Program-made: the position numbers and the translations under genes
Shown here: positions 38,213-48,220 of the stretch, piece by piece
How the letters are laid out: each line of letters opens with the position of its first letter
Position numbering within the stretch: position 1 is the stretch's first letter
Source: a virus
Lineage: Duplodnaviria; Caudoviricetes
DNA: 64,000 bases
Direction: 5' to 3' (one strand)
Virus record (IMG/VR): IMGVR_UViG_3300050821_008548
Location: 1,562 to 65,561 of that record
Notes under the pieces: model-generated
The model's database searches: none
Told to the model about the DNA's origin: nothing
What the model saw: only the letters and a program-made list of their open reading frames with translations

Positions 38213-39079
38213 GTGGCTACCCGCACCATCAATTGGCCCGCGACGGTCTCGGCAGTCCAGGCCATCCTCGACAACTCCAACCCGAGGCCGACGCAGGCGA
38301 CGATCAACTCCGGCGTTGTTATCCGCAACGCGCTGAGCGCGGCGGGCGCTACGTACGACACGACGTCTAACGACGGGATCCTCAACTTCACCCCCTACGC
38401 GGGTGCGCCCCTCACACCGAACGGTCTGCCGCAGCCGGGGAGCGTCCAGGCGTGGGCAGCGGCCGCCGCACCCGTGTGGGTTGAGACGGACCGCGTCGCG
38501 CGGGCGATCTACAAGCTCACGCCGCCGCCAAGCAACGTCATGCTCGCGGCCTTCGGGATGCCGGGCGTCACGCCCTGGCGAGCGAAGACACTCTACGGGT
38601 CCGGGCCCCCGCCTTCGGCCGTCACCCCGACGCCGGCGAACGGCTTCGGCTACATCTTCGCGAGCGTGAACGGGGACCTCGTGGCGCAGAGCGCGGCGTT
38701 CCAGCCGCCGTTTCTGACGACGCTCGGGTCTCTTACGACAGAGACTCCGCCGGCTCCGGGCGCATTTCCGGCGGTCTGGCAGTGCGTCGCTGCCGTCACT
38801 GGCTCGAGCGGGGGCCAGCCCGTGGCGCTGCCGTGGGACGTCACACAGGCCTCGCTCATCAGCCTCTTTTCGCGCGCCGCACTCGCGTCAGTCGCCGCGG
38901 CTAGCAACCCCGGGCTCGTCTCGCTCATCACCAACCAGTTCACCGCGCTCAACGCCGTCCTGCTGACGCAGCCGACGCCGAACCCGTCGGCGGACGCGGC
39001 GTCACTCTCGGCCATCAACGCGCTGAACGTCGCGATTGCGAACGCGAACGCGTGGATCGCGGCGGCGGCGATTCAGTAG
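38213..39079 (+). CDS. Tail-associated hypothetical protein
   Basis: 288 aa in the tail operon. Confidence 0.55.
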   Translation: MATRTINWPATVSAVQAILDNSNPRPTQATINSGVVIRNALSAAGATYDTTSNDGILNFTPYAGAPLTPNGLPQPGSVQAWAAAAAPVWVETDRVARAIYKLTPPPSNVMLAAFGMPGVTPWRAKTLYGSGPPPSAVTPTPANGFGYIFASVNGDLVAQSAAFQPPFLTTLGSLTTETPPAPGAFPAVWQCVAAVTGSSGGQPVALPWDVTQASLISLFSRAALASVAAASNPGLVSLITNQFTALNAVLLTQPTPNPSADAASLSAINALNVAIANANAWIAAAAIQ

Positions 39080-39080
39080 C

Positions 39081-40007
39081 TCAATTCGTCTGCACGCAAA
39101 GTGGGAAGTCGCCGAGCTGGCCGGGCGCATACGAGAAGGCACCAGTCCCGTCCGACGTGTATATGGCGACGGGGGAGAACGAGAACGAGGACGTATCGAT
39201 CTCAGGCTCGCAAACCGAGACCGTTCTGCCGCCAACGACAACAGGCGGCCCAATCAAAAGGGTCTGCGCCTCAGACGTAGTGGGCGGGCGCCACGCATGC
39301 CCCCCGAGCCGAGAGCATGCGCACTGGGCTGCCGGGTTGACGTTGTCGACCGGACAGTCTGCGGGCCCCCAAACAAGCCCGGTGGTCGAGTCCGTAACAG
39401 TCGCCGCTGTGCCGCTCGCCGTTATGGATCCGGTGATGGTTCCATCGGGCAAAAGCGTTGTATCGCAGCCGCTGGCCGTCTGGACGCACCCATAGCTGGT
39501 CTCAGTGGACTTCGTATACCGCGGCAGGTTATGGCAGCACGAGGCAGCGGCGCTCCCCTGCATCCACTGCCACTGTTGCGAACCATCACACTGGTAGAAT
39601 CGGAAGTCGTCGGCGCACTTGGTGGCGCCGGTCAAGCACTCAGGCGGGGGGCCGGATTCGACGAGAGTCGTCACGGCGTCTGTCGCCTCGGCCTCGGCAG
39701 GCGGATCAGAGGGCGACGCATCCGTCGCCGGATCCACGGGCGCCCCCGCATCCTCTCCGCACGTGTGGCACGTAATCGTCCCCCCGCACTCGTCGTTCCA
39801 AGTCGCGCACGAGGGCCCGACCTGAGCGCATGTGATCGGACTGCACGCCGGCGGGAGCCCCGCGTCGGGCGCCGGTTTCGGGTCCGCTGAGACGGCCGAT
39901 GGAGCAGTCGCCGTTGGCGCGGGCCCCGGCTGACCATCGATCGTGGTCGACGCGGCCCCGCCGCATCCGAGCACCACCACCGCCACCGCTGTCATCCACG
40001 CTCGCAT
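39081..40007 (-). CDS. Cys-rich lipoprotein with C-terminal DUF1566 (Lcl-like) domain
   Basis: MRAWMTAVAVVVLGC lipobox; CSPITC...NDECGGTITC..C; TVTDSTTGLVW...C...WRPPT.SE..TL...LCV. Confidence 0.7.
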   Translation of the reverse strand: MRAWMTAVAVVVLGCGGAASTTIDGQPGPAPTATAPSAVSADPKPAPDAGLPPACSPITCAQVGPSCATWNDECGGTITCHTCGEDAGAPVDPATDASPSDPPAEAEATDAVTTLVESGPPPECLTGATKCADDFRFYQCDGSQQWQWMQGSAAASCCHNLPRYTKSTETSYGCVQTASGCDTTLLPDGTITGSITASGTAATVTDSTTGLVWGPADCPVDNVNPAAQCACSRLGGHAWRPPTTSEAQTLLIGPPVVVGGRTVSVCEPEIDTSSFSFSPVAIYTSDGTGAFSYAPGQLGDFPLCVQTN

Positions 40008-40076
40008 TTGGTCGATCCCCTCACCAGAAACGTAGCGCATCCGTAGGCGCGCGCGAGGTGAACGCCTGAACACCCA

Positions 40077-40856
40077 ATGACGACACCGAACCCCGCCTGC
40101 ACGGTGAACTCCCTGTCGCCGCCGCAGAATGTGACGGCTGGGGCGACGGTATCCTTCGGGCTCGTATCGACGGCGGGGGCGAATTTCTGGTCGGTCTCGG
40201 TCACTGGGACCGACGAACTCAATACCGTTGCCGCTGTACAGGCCACGGTCACCCTCGACCAGACCCACAAGACCGGGACCTTCACGGCGCCCGCGGGCCT
40301 CGGGAGCGCCGTCCAGCTGACGAGCGTCGTGGGCATCGCAGGCATGGGCCTCGACGCCAACGGCGCGTCGGTCAAGGCGTTCACCACGACCTTCAAGGTC
40401 AACGTCCTTTGCGCGTCCGGTCTCGAGGTTTTCCACACCAACGAGACGATCGAGCAGTCCGCCCCCTTCGGCTGGCTCGCAGTCGTCAATCCGGCGATCC
40501 GAAACGCCAGTGGCGGCGGCGGCGGACCCGCTACGGCCGTCGTCTGGACTCGCGTCTCGACGACGCCACACCAGCTCGTCGCGGGCGAAGAGGCGCTCGT
40601 CGACGTCTCCAGCCTCAACATCGTCTGCCGCACCCCGGTCGCTCCGGCCGACGCGGCTGAATTCGCGGTGACCGTCATCGACGGTCTTGGCGGCCACTCG
40701 CTCACCATCGATCCCAACGCCCTCGGCTCGTCGCTCAACGATCCGAACGGAGTACCCGGGACGATCCTCGCAGCGAATACGACGCTGACGATTCCCTACA
40801 AGGGTCGTTTCAAGTGGAAATACGACAACGCGCACACCCGCTGGCTCCTTGTATGA
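40077..40856 (+). CDS. Tail fibre-associated protein
   Basis: Beta-rich, poly-Gly hinge, C-terminal YD...WLLV; GAGGT upstream. Confidence 0.6.
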   Translation: MTTPNPACTVNSLSPPQNVTAGATVSFGLVSTAGANFWSVSVTGTDELNTVAAVQATVTLDQTHKTGTFTAPAGLGSAVQLTSVVGIAGMGLDANGASVKAFTTTFKVNVLCASGLEVFHTNETIEQSAPFGWLAVVNPAIRNASGGGGGPATAVVWTRVSTTPHQLVAGEEALVDVSSLNIVCRTPVAPADAAEFAVTVIDGLGGHSLTIDPNALGSSLNDPNGVPGTILAANTTLTIPYKGRFKWKYDNAHTRWLLV

Positions 40857-43183
40857 GGCGGCTGTCGCTCACCCTCCTGCCGCTCGCCCTCTGGGCCTGC
40901 GTCGGCTTCACCACGTCCGGCGTTCCGGACGCGAGCTCGCCGGCAGGGATTCCTGCGGCCCCGACGGCCGCGGTGGGCGTCGTGGTGTCGCCACCGGCGC
41001 CCACGCACAACGTCGGCGCGAGCTACCCGGCCATCCCCATCCCCGCGGCCCAGGCCGAGGGGGACATCCTGGCCTACCACTCGGGAGCCTGGAACGGGCT
41101 CGCCCCAGGCACCAGCGGCTTCGTGCTCACGAGCACCGGCACGTCCTCGCTCCCCTCTTGGCAGGCGGCGGGCGCGGGCGCTTCGGTCACGGGCTCCGGT
41201 CTCTGGCACTCGACGAGTGGCACGCTCGACGCGGCGGCGTCGAAGGGGACGGCGGCGCAGATCGTCGTCACCAACGCGGGCGCGACCGACACGCCTTGGG
41301 TGACCGTCTCCGGCGACTGTACGCTCGCGGCCTCGGGCGCCGTCACGTGCACTAAGGTCAACGGCGCGAGCTACGGCGCGGGCGGCGCGCTGACGACGGG
41401 CAACAGCGCCTACGTCTCCGGGGCCAGCGCGACGACCTACTCCGCCCTCAATCTCGCCGGCGGCTCCGGCTGGGTCACGGGCGTCCTACCGACCGCGAAC
41501 CAGGCGAATCAAGCGCTCGTCGGAGACGTCACCGGCAACACCGGGGCGGACACAGTCGTCGCGCTCCAGGGTTTCGGCGTCGCGACGTCTACCCCGACGA
41601 GTAATCAGGTACTGACGTGGAACTCGGGCACCTCAAAGTGGACGGCCACGACGCCCGCGAGCGCCCCCTCCGTCACGGGCTCCGGTCTCTGGCACTCGAC
41701 CTCGGGGACGCTCGATAGCGCGGCGTCCCACGGCACGGCGGGGCAGATCTACGTCAGCAATGCGGGCGGCACCGACGCCGCCTGGGTGACGATGAGCGGC
41801 GCCGCGACGCTCTCGTCATCGGGCGCGCTGACGCTCGGAAGCATCTCGCTCTCGGGCGACGTCACCGGGACGAACAGCGCCACGGTTGTCTCCGCGATCT
41901 CCGGCAACTCGCCGATCTCGATCGCGCCGAACAACTTTCAGTGGGGCGCGGGCGCGACGTCGCCGACGCTCCTGGAGGCGCAGCAGGCCAACGGTAGCAA
42001 CCCCGCCAACTTCACGATCCAACCGCAAGCTCCGGGCGCGGGCGCCGTCACGACGCCCACGGGGACGCCGGGCTCGCTCGTCGTCGCGCTCTCCGCGCCC
42101 GTATCGACGGGAAACGAGGCCTCGTTTCAGGTCACCCGCAGCGGCGCAAGCCAGACGGTCATGTCTGTCACCGGCGGCTCGGGGAACGCGAACTATGTCC
42201 TGAACCTCGGCGCCCAGCTCCTCGCCGAATACAACGCGACTAGCGGCGCGACCGACCTTTCGGGCTCCGGCGGGTCGCTTTACTTCCAGATGTCCGGCAC
42301 CCGCCTTGGGTTGTGGACCGGTAGTGGGCTGCAGCTCTTCCCGGTGTCCAGCGCCGCCAACTTCGGCGGCGGCTCCGGGGTCCTGGGGATCAACAACGCG
42401 ACGACCAACTCGACATCCACGATCACTAACGGTCTGACGCTCTCCTCGGACGGCGGCAAGCTCGAGGTTGACGCTCCCGCGATCCAGTTTCCAAAGTTCG
42501 TAGGGAACCCGAAGTTCACGCAGCTGGCGCAGACGACCGACACGGCGACGAACGCGCTGCAGATCTCCGCGCAAGCAGCTTTCGCCAGCGCGTCGACGAA
42601 CGTCACGGGCGGCAACGTGACGGTCACCGCCGGCGCCGGGACGACGAACGCGAACGGCGGCTCAGCATCCCTCACCGCGGGAGACAGTCTCACGACCATC
42701 CAGGTCTCGCCGAACGCCATCACCGGGTCTTCCGGGAACGGCTCGGAAAAGATCGTCTACAACGGCGCGGGGTCCATCAATTCGCAAACCGCCGTCGTCG
42801 AGAAGTTCTCCACGTACGGCCAAACTAACTCCGGCGGCCAGCTCCTCACGGCGACTTCCGGTCGCACGCTCGCGACTGGCCATAGCGTATTCGTTCACTG
42901 CCACGGCGTCGCCAGGACGACCGCCGCGGGCGGCAGCAGCTTGAGCGTCGGCGACACCTTCTCGGAGAACGCCGACTTCACCCTAAAGAACGTCAGCGGT
43001 ACGATCGCGCAGGTCTCGACGCAGACGGTCGTGTCGAAGATCTTGGATGCGAGCTTCAACGCCGCGAGCGTGATCGGGTGGAATAACAATGGCACGGTGA
43101 ATTGCTTTCTCGCGATCACCGCGAACAGCGGCGGCGGCGCGACGCTCGACGACAGCATCTGGGTCACGGCCGAATACAACTGA
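40853..43183 (+). CDS. Long Gly/Ser/Thr-rich tail fibre/adhesin with internal duplication
   Basis: GDILAY..GAW and NQVLTWN...KW fibre motifs, GDVTG repeats, SVTGSGLWHSTSGTLD twice. Confidence 0.7.
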   Translation: MRRLSLTLLPLALWACVGFTTSGVPDASSPAGIPAAPTAAVGVVVSPPAPTHNVGASYPAIPIPAAQAEGDILAYHSGAWNGLAPGTSGFVLTSTGTSSLPSWQAAGAGASVTGSGLWHSTSGTLDAAASKGTAAQIVVTNAGATDTPWVTVSGDCTLAASGAVTCTKVNGASYGAGGALTTGNSAYVSGASATTYSALNLAGGSGWVTGVLPTANQANQALVGDVTGNTGADTVVALQGFGVATSTPTSNQVLTWNSGTSKWTATTPASAPSVTGSGLWHSTSGTLDSAASHGTAGQIYVSNAGGTDAAWVTMSGAATLSSSGALTLGSISLSGDVTGTNSATVVSAISGNSPISIAPNNFQWGAGATSPTLLEAQQANGSNPANFTIQPQAPGAGAVTTPTGTPGSLVVALSAPVSTGNEASFQVTRSGASQTVMSVTGGSGNANYVLNLGAQLLAEYNATSGATDLSGSGGSLYFQMSGTRLGLWTGSGLQLFPVSSAANFGGGSGVLGINNATTNSTSTITNGLTLSSDGGKLEVDAPAIQFPKFVGNPKFTQLAQTTDTATNALQISAQAAFASASTNVTGGNVTVTAGAGTTNANGGSASLTAGDSLTTIQVSPNAITGSSGNGSEKIVYNGAGSINSQTAVVEKFSTYGQTNSGGQLLTATSGRTLATGHSVFVHCHGVARTTAAGGSSLSVGDTFSENADFTLKNVSGTIAQVSTQTVVSKILDASFNAASVIGWNNNGTVNCFLAITANSGGGATLDDSIWVTAEYN

Positions 43184-43557
43184 TGCGTCCCGCTCAGCTC
43201 AACCTGACGGTCTACCAGTACGCGAGCTTCACGCGCTCGTTTACTTGGAAGTCCGGATCGCCACCGCTCCCCGTAGACCTGACGGGCTGCGCCGCGCGCT
43301 TCATGGCGCGCGTGAACCACTCGGACGCCTCGCCACTCATCAGCCTGACCACCACGCTCAACGCGCAGGGCGTCATCGTCGTTCAGCCGTCGCTCTCGCA
43401 GCTCGGGTACATCAACGTGGCGCTCCTCAGCGCGTTCACCGGGACCCTGCCCACCAACGTCGCGCCGTTCTTTCAGCTCTTCGTCGACTTCGCGAACGGG
43501 ACTACGACGACTCTCGTCACGGGTCGGATCATCATCCTGCCAGAGGACGTTCATTAG
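43183..43557 (+). CDS. Ig-like (BppU/DUF7264-type) fibre adaptor protein
   Basis: LTVYQ...F.W...PVDLTG..A.F..R...LVTGRI. Confidence 0.6.
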   Translation: MRPAQLNLTVYQYASFTRSFTWKSGSPPLPVDLTGCAARFMARVNHSDASPLISLTTTLNAQGVIVVQPSLSQLGYINVALLSAFTGTLPTNVAPFFQLFVDFANGTTTTLVTGRIIILPEDVH

Positions 43558-45261
43558 ATGACCGACGTCATCGAAGTATCCGAGCAGGGACCGGCCGGAC
43601 CGCCGGGGCCCTTCGGCTCGACGAACACGGCGGCGAACTTCACGATGCCGCCGTCCGACGGCGTGACGACCGCCACCGTGCAGTTCTTGACGACGGTGTT
43701 TTTCGCGCCCGGCATGTCGCTCTTCATCGCGAGCGCTGGCTACCTCGTCGTCGCGGCCGTCATCGACCAGACGCACGCGACGCTGGTCAACAACGGCGTC
43801 AACAGCAACACGGTCCCAGGGAACACGATCGCGAGCGGCTCGTCGGTGGTCCCCGGCGGTCCGACCTTACCCGTCCCGATCCTCGGTACTGCCCTCGTCG
43901 GGAATAACTCCCGGGTCAACGAGCTGTCTTTCGACTGGATCAGCGTGCCGTCCGGACAGACGGTCACGATCGCGACGCTGCCGCAGCCGGCCATCGCCTT
44001 CCACGAGACCGTCGCGATGTCGGCGTTCATCGAGGTCGTCAATCTCGCCGGGACCGCGCACGGCCGGATCGCTCGGATGATCCAGGTCCAGAACGTCTCC
44101 GGCGTCATCACGACGCCGAACGGGGGCACGAGCGATTCGAACATCACCCCGGACACCGCCAACGCGATGGCGACATCGCTGACGGGAGTTGTCGGCGCCA
44201 TCGTCATCTCGGCCGCGACGCTGCTCGTTCAAGTCACCAACCCCACGGGCGCGCAGATCTGGGCCCGGTGCGACGTCAGCGTGAGCCGGGGACTCTTGCC
44301 CGGAACTGGGCCGATCCCCGTCGTCTCTTCGACGTCCGTCGCGAGCGGGCCGGGGGCGGGAGGGACCAACGGGGCGCTTACCGGGCTGCACTTTACGGGC
44401 GCGTCCTCGGTCACCCTGTTTGGCGTCGCCGCAACGTTCAGTGTCATCAGCGACACGCAGATCAACTTCACGTCCGGCCCCTTCTTTGGCGTCCCAGGCG
44501 CGGGCGACATCGTCGTCACGAACCTCAATGGCCCCGGGTCACTCGTCGGCGGCTGGACGTACACGTCTACCCAACTCACGCCCCTCACCATCTTCGGCGC
44601 GAGCCTGCAAGGCTGGTATCCGAACAGCAATATCCAGCACTCCGGCGCGGCGATCACCGGGTGGAACGACGGGACGTCGAACGCGGAAAACCTCACCGTA
44701 GGATCGGGCCTCGCCACAGGCTACGTCGCGAGCTCCACACACATCACGCCGAACGGTCCGGCCGTCACGTTCAACGGATCGTCGGACTATCTCACGAAAG
44801 CGAGCTTCGTCTGGGGTGCCGCGACGAACCCGAATACGTTCGTCTATATCATCTGTCGATCCACCGCGACGGCCGGTCAGTACGTCGGCAAGGCGGGCGA
44901 CGGCATCGACTTCGTCATCTCGGCGAACAACCCAGTGCTCGGCGGGCCACTCGGCGCCCTCACCAACTCGGCTACGGTACAGAACAACCTTCAAATCGTC
45001 TGGGCTTACTGGGATGGCCTGTCGGTGGGTGGAAGCAACGTCGAGTTCGTCACTGTGAACAACGGCACGCCAGCGACTCGCTCGGGGACGAACGGGATCA
45101 ATTGCGTGAAGACGGCGACGCTCAACCTCGGCGGGACGACGCAGCACTTCGGCGGCGAGATCTACGAGATGGGCGTCGTCGAGGCGCCGACGGGCGGACC
45201 TACGGCCAACCAGCTCTCGCTGCTCCACTCTTACGCGCAGATCACGTACGGGACCCCGTGA
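43558..45261 (+). CDS. Fibre/appendage protein with IPT/TIG and LamG-like domains
   Basis: QGPAGPPG start; SGPGAGGT...LTG..FTGASSV.FG; LQGWY...ITGWND...P.VTFNG...FGGEIYE. Confidence 0.65.
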   Translation: MTDVIEVSEQGPAGPPGPFGSTNTAANFTMPPSDGVTTATVQFLTTVFFAPGMSLFIASAGYLVVAAVIDQTHATLVNNGVNSNTVPGNTIASGSSVVPGGPTLPVPILGTALVGNNSRVNELSFDWISVPSGQTVTIATLPQPAIAFHETVAMSAFIEVVNLAGTAHGRIARMIQVQNVSGVITTPNGGTSDSNITPDTANAMATSLTGVVGAIVISAATLLVQVTNPTGAQIWARCDVSVSRGLLPGTGPIPVVSSTSVASGPGAGGTNGALTGLHFTGASSVTLFGVAATFSVISDTQINFTSGPFFGVPGAGDIVVTNLNGPGSLVGGWTYTSTQLTPLTIFGASLQGWYPNSNIQHSGAAITGWNDGTSNAENLTVGSGLATGYVASSTHITPNGPAVTFNGSSDYLTKASFVWGAATNPNTFVYIICRSTATAGQYVGKAGDGIDFVISANNPVLGGPLGALTNSATVQNNLQIVWAYWDGLSVGGSNVEFVTVNNGTPATRSGTNGINCVKTATLNLGGTTQHFGGEIYEMGVVEAPTGGPTANQLSLLHSYAQITYGTP

Positions 45262-46748
45262 GGTCCACGCGATTCGGCAACCTCGGTCCCGCGGGTGAGT
45301 GGGGCCTCAATCACGTCATCAGCACGGGTCAGTCGCTCAGCGTGAGCACCGAGAGCAACGTCTCGATCTCGACGCAGCCCTACAACAACAAGATGCTGCA
45401 CGACGGATCGGCTACGTACGACATCACGCTCCCGAACGCGGCAACGCTCTCGCTGCAGCCGCTCGTTGGGCCGCAGAGGACTACGGGGCCAGGTCAGACC
45501 GCGTACCCGGCGAACCTCGAGGGGAGCGACGCGGTCGACATCAGCTTCGCCAACGAGGTCACGCGTATCGCCATCGCGAACGACTACAACGATTACCGGA
45601 TCGCGACCAGCACCGTCGGCGTGGGCGGGCAGCCGATGTCGGTCATCCAGAAGGGCGGCAGCGGGACGTCCTACGCTGCGAGTCTCTATGAGTGCCGCGC
45701 GATCAAGCGGCTCGCGGGATTGGCGGGTCTCACCTTCGGTACGCGCGCCGTGATGCTTCGCCACGGCGAGACCGACGACGAGAACCAGAACCTCAGCTAC
45801 GCGACGCAGCTCGCGACGCTCGCGTCGAACTACCAGACGGACCTGCAGACCATCACCGGCCAGACGGTGGGCGTCTACCTCTTCGGGACGCAGTGCAATC
45901 AGAACCCGCAGTCGTTTCACGTCGGCGAGAACGTCACGGCCCTGGCCTTCTGGGCCGCCGCGGTGGCCAACCCGGGATTGGTGGTCCTGGTCGGCCCCCA
46001 GTACCAGTTCGCGTATAGCCCCTTCACCTTCGAGCACATGCAGAACTACGGGCCGCTCGGCGAGCTGCACGCCAAGGTCTTCTGGATCATTGAGCGCACC
46101 GGCACATGGACGCCGCTCTGGCCTACGTCCGTCGTGCGCGTCGGAACGGCCGTCACGATTACCTTCAACGTTCCGGTCGGACCGCTCGTCTTCGATGGCG
46201 TTGCGTCTCCTCCGCACGCTGGCGGCACCCCGTGGAACGCGTGGTGGGGCGGCGCCAAGGGATTCGAGGCGTACGACCGCCTGCTTACGGTCTCGAGCGC
46301 GACCAACGCATCGCCGATCGTTATCGGCTTCACAACGCCGCACGGCCTGAACACGGGAGACCCGTACGCGCTGACGGCCGTCGTGGGGAACACGGCGACC
46401 AACGGCGTCTGGTCCGCGGTGACCTTCGTGGACTCGACCCATGTGAGCCTCAACGGCTCTACAGGCAACGGCGCGTATACGTCGGGAGGCATCGGCTTCT
46501 CGCCGATCGGCGTCGGTGCGCCTTCGATCTCCGGCAATCAAGTCAGCTTCACCATGGCGCGCTCCCCCGTCGGGACACCAACGATCGCCTACGCGCACCA
46601 CTCCGATCGCCTGTACGGCGCGGGCCTAAACACCGGCGGGTTTCCGCTCGGCCGCTGCGGACTGCTTCGGGACTCCGATCCGTGGGTGAGCGGATCGGGA
46701 TTTCAACAGTTCAACTGGTGCATCGAGTTTGCGCAGGCGGCGCCATGA
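45258..46748 (+). CDS. SGNH-type carbohydrate esterase-like virion protein
   Basis: GQSLS (block I), HGETD (block III), late H motif; ATNASPIVI...HGLNTGD beta-barrel insert. Confidence 0.6.
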   Translation: MRSTRFGNLGPAGEWGLNHVISTGQSLSVSTESNVSISTQPYNNKMLHDGSATYDITLPNAATLSLQPLVGPQRTTGPGQTAYPANLEGSDAVDISFANEVTRIAIANDYNDYRIATSTVGVGGQPMSVIQKGGSGTSYAASLYECRAIKRLAGLAGLTFGTRAVMLRHGETDDENQNLSYATQLATLASNYQTDLQTITGQTVGVYLFGTQCNQNPQSFHVGENVTALAFWAAAVANPGLVVLVGPQYQFAYSPFTFEHMQNYGPLGELHAKVFWIIERTGTWTPLWPTSVVRVGTAVTITFNVPVGPLVFDGVASPPHAGGTPWNAWWGGAKGFEAYDRLLTVSSATNASPIVIGFTTPHGLNTGDPYALTAVVGNTATNGVWSAVTFVDSTHVSLNGSTGNGAYTSGGIGFSPIGVGAPSISGNQVSFTMARSPVGTPTIAYAHHSDRLYGAGLNTGGFPLGRCGLLRDSDPWVSGSGFQQFNWCIEFAQAAP

Positions 46749-46897
46749 CTGGTCGCGCCGAGACGCTGCTCCCGCCCCCGCCGGACCGGGCCCCGAAGCC
46801 GCTTGAGATCCCACGATGGGATCTCGAGGACCGGTTTACGAAGTCCGACGTCAAGCCGACGTGGCGGCCCTCGCCGAAACCCGATGAGCGAAGGTGA
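46745..46897 (+). CDS. Hypothetical small protein
   Basis: ATGA coupled. Confidence 0.35.
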   Translation: MTGRAETLLPPPPDRAPKPLEIPRWDLEDRFTKSDVKPTWRPSPKPDERR

Positions 46898-47240
46898 TAC
46901 GCCGGCCGAATCTCCGGCGGCCAAGAGGACGATGGACACGCGCTTGTCAGGCACGAACGAGGAACTGAACGGGAATCGGCCGAGGCTCTCGCGCACGCCT
47001 CCGGAGCTCGCGCCACTGCCGCTCAGTCCGACCGCAATGGACGTCGCCATTCGTTACGGGTCGGACTCGGCTTTCCTCCGTCAGAACTGGCCCCGGCTGG
47101 TGGACGCCGTCGTGGACCTGCAGCAGACCGTGCGCGCCCAGCGCGTGACCCCCTGGGTGTGGCCCCTGCTCTGCGGCCTGTTCGCGAGCGCGGCGATCGC
47201 GGCGTGGATGCCTCGGATCCTCGCGCACTTCGGGCACTAG
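46884..47240 (+). CDS. Membrane protein (C-terminal TM)
   Basis: WVWPLLCGLFASAAIAAW. Confidence 0.5.
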   Translation: MSEGDTPAESPAAKRTMDTRLSGTNEELNGNRPRLSRTPPELAPLPLSPTAMDVAIRYGSDSAFLRQNWPRLVDAVVDLQQTVRAQRVTPWVWPLLCGLFASAAIAAWMPRILAHFGH

Positions 47241-47242
47241 CC

Positions 47243-47671
47243 GTGCCCAGCTGGCTCGAGGTCATCGGCGCCCTCATCGGCGCGGTGTTCGGGGTCGGCG
47301 TCGCCTGGGGGGCATTCCGCGGGCGCCTCAAGACGGCGGAGGAGCGCGCCTCGACGGCGATCCAGCAGACTGACACAGCGCTCACGAAGATCGCCAAGAT
47401 CGAGCTCACCATCGCCGACGAGCGCACCGAGCGCGTTCGACTCGAGGGGAAGCTCGAGCGACTTGAGCGTGAGTCCCAGCTACGCGAGGAGTTCCGCCAG
47501 CAGAACGCCGTCCTGGACGTTCAGACCGCGTACCTCGACGCGATCGCTAGGCGCACCGGGTCGGTCCCATCGATGACCGCGGCGCGCCCGATACCGCGGC
47601 AAGAGCCACCCAGTTCGCCCATTCCCCCGCCGCCCATGCGGCCACGGCTCGGCAGCCGGCGCGGCGAGTAA
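47243..47671 (+). CDS. TM-anchored coiled-coil protein (lysis-associated candidate)
   Basis: N-terminal TM, long coiled coil. Confidence 0.55.
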   Translation: MPSWLEVIGALIGAVFGVGVAWGAFRGRLKTAEERASTAIQQTDTALTKIAKIELTIADERTERVRLEGKLERLERESQLREEFRQQNAVLDVQTAYLDAIARRTGSVPSMTAARPIPRQEPPSSPIPPPPMRPRLGSRRGE

Positions 47672-47747
47672 CCGCCGCACGAATAACGGCCGTTTATTCG
47701 GCGAACGAATCAACCGCGCGCCAAGGCGCGCACAGGAGAGAAGCATC

Positions 47748-47936
47748 ATGTTGTCGAATATCAAGCTCCCCCATTGGGCCATGGTCCTCGTGTCTCTCGT
47801 GAGCATTGTGCTCGCGTGGGGCCTCAAGGAGAACGCGTCGGGCGAGCTCGTCCTGCCGGCCGTTGTCCTTGGGATCGTTCCGATCGTTCAGACCCTGCTC
47901 GGGTTCTTCTCGCCGAGCGTCACGGGGGCGAAGTGA
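47748..47936 (+). CDS. Putative holin
   Basis: 62 aa, two TM helices, AGGAG upstream. Confidence 0.55.
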   Translation: MLSNIKLPHWAMVLVSLVSIVLAWGLKENASGELVLPAVVLGIVPIVQTLLGFFSPSVTGAK

Positions 47937-48220
47937 TCCGCTCCTGGCCTGCCGCCGTGGCCCTCTGCGGCCTGCTGGCTCTCGTTGACGTCGGCTGTCC
48001 CCAAGCCGTTCCCTTCGTCGCGCCCTCGGCCGCCCTGGCCGCCTGCGTGGCCGCCGACGCCCTCAAGGGCGACTCCGTCGCCCAGATGGCCACCGACTGC
48101 GGCTCGGATGCCCTCAGCGTCATCATGGCGCTCCTGGCCTCCGAGGACGCCGCGGTGAAGACCAGTCCCGCTTACCACGAGGCCGAGGCGACGCGCAAAG
48201 CCATGAAGGCGGCGCCTTGA
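47933..48220 (+). CDS. Small putative lipoprotein
   Basis: Hydrophobic N-terminus ending VGC. Confidence 0.55.
   Translation: MIRSWPAAVALCGLLALVDVGCPQAVPFVAPSAALAACVAADALKGDSVAQMATDCGSDALSVIMALLASEDAAVKTSPAYHEAEATRKAMKAAP

Noticed and set aside
39081-40007. Diversity-generating retroelement target
   Set aside because: DUF1566-like domains can be DGR targets, but no reverse transcriptase and no template-repeat copy were seen in the window
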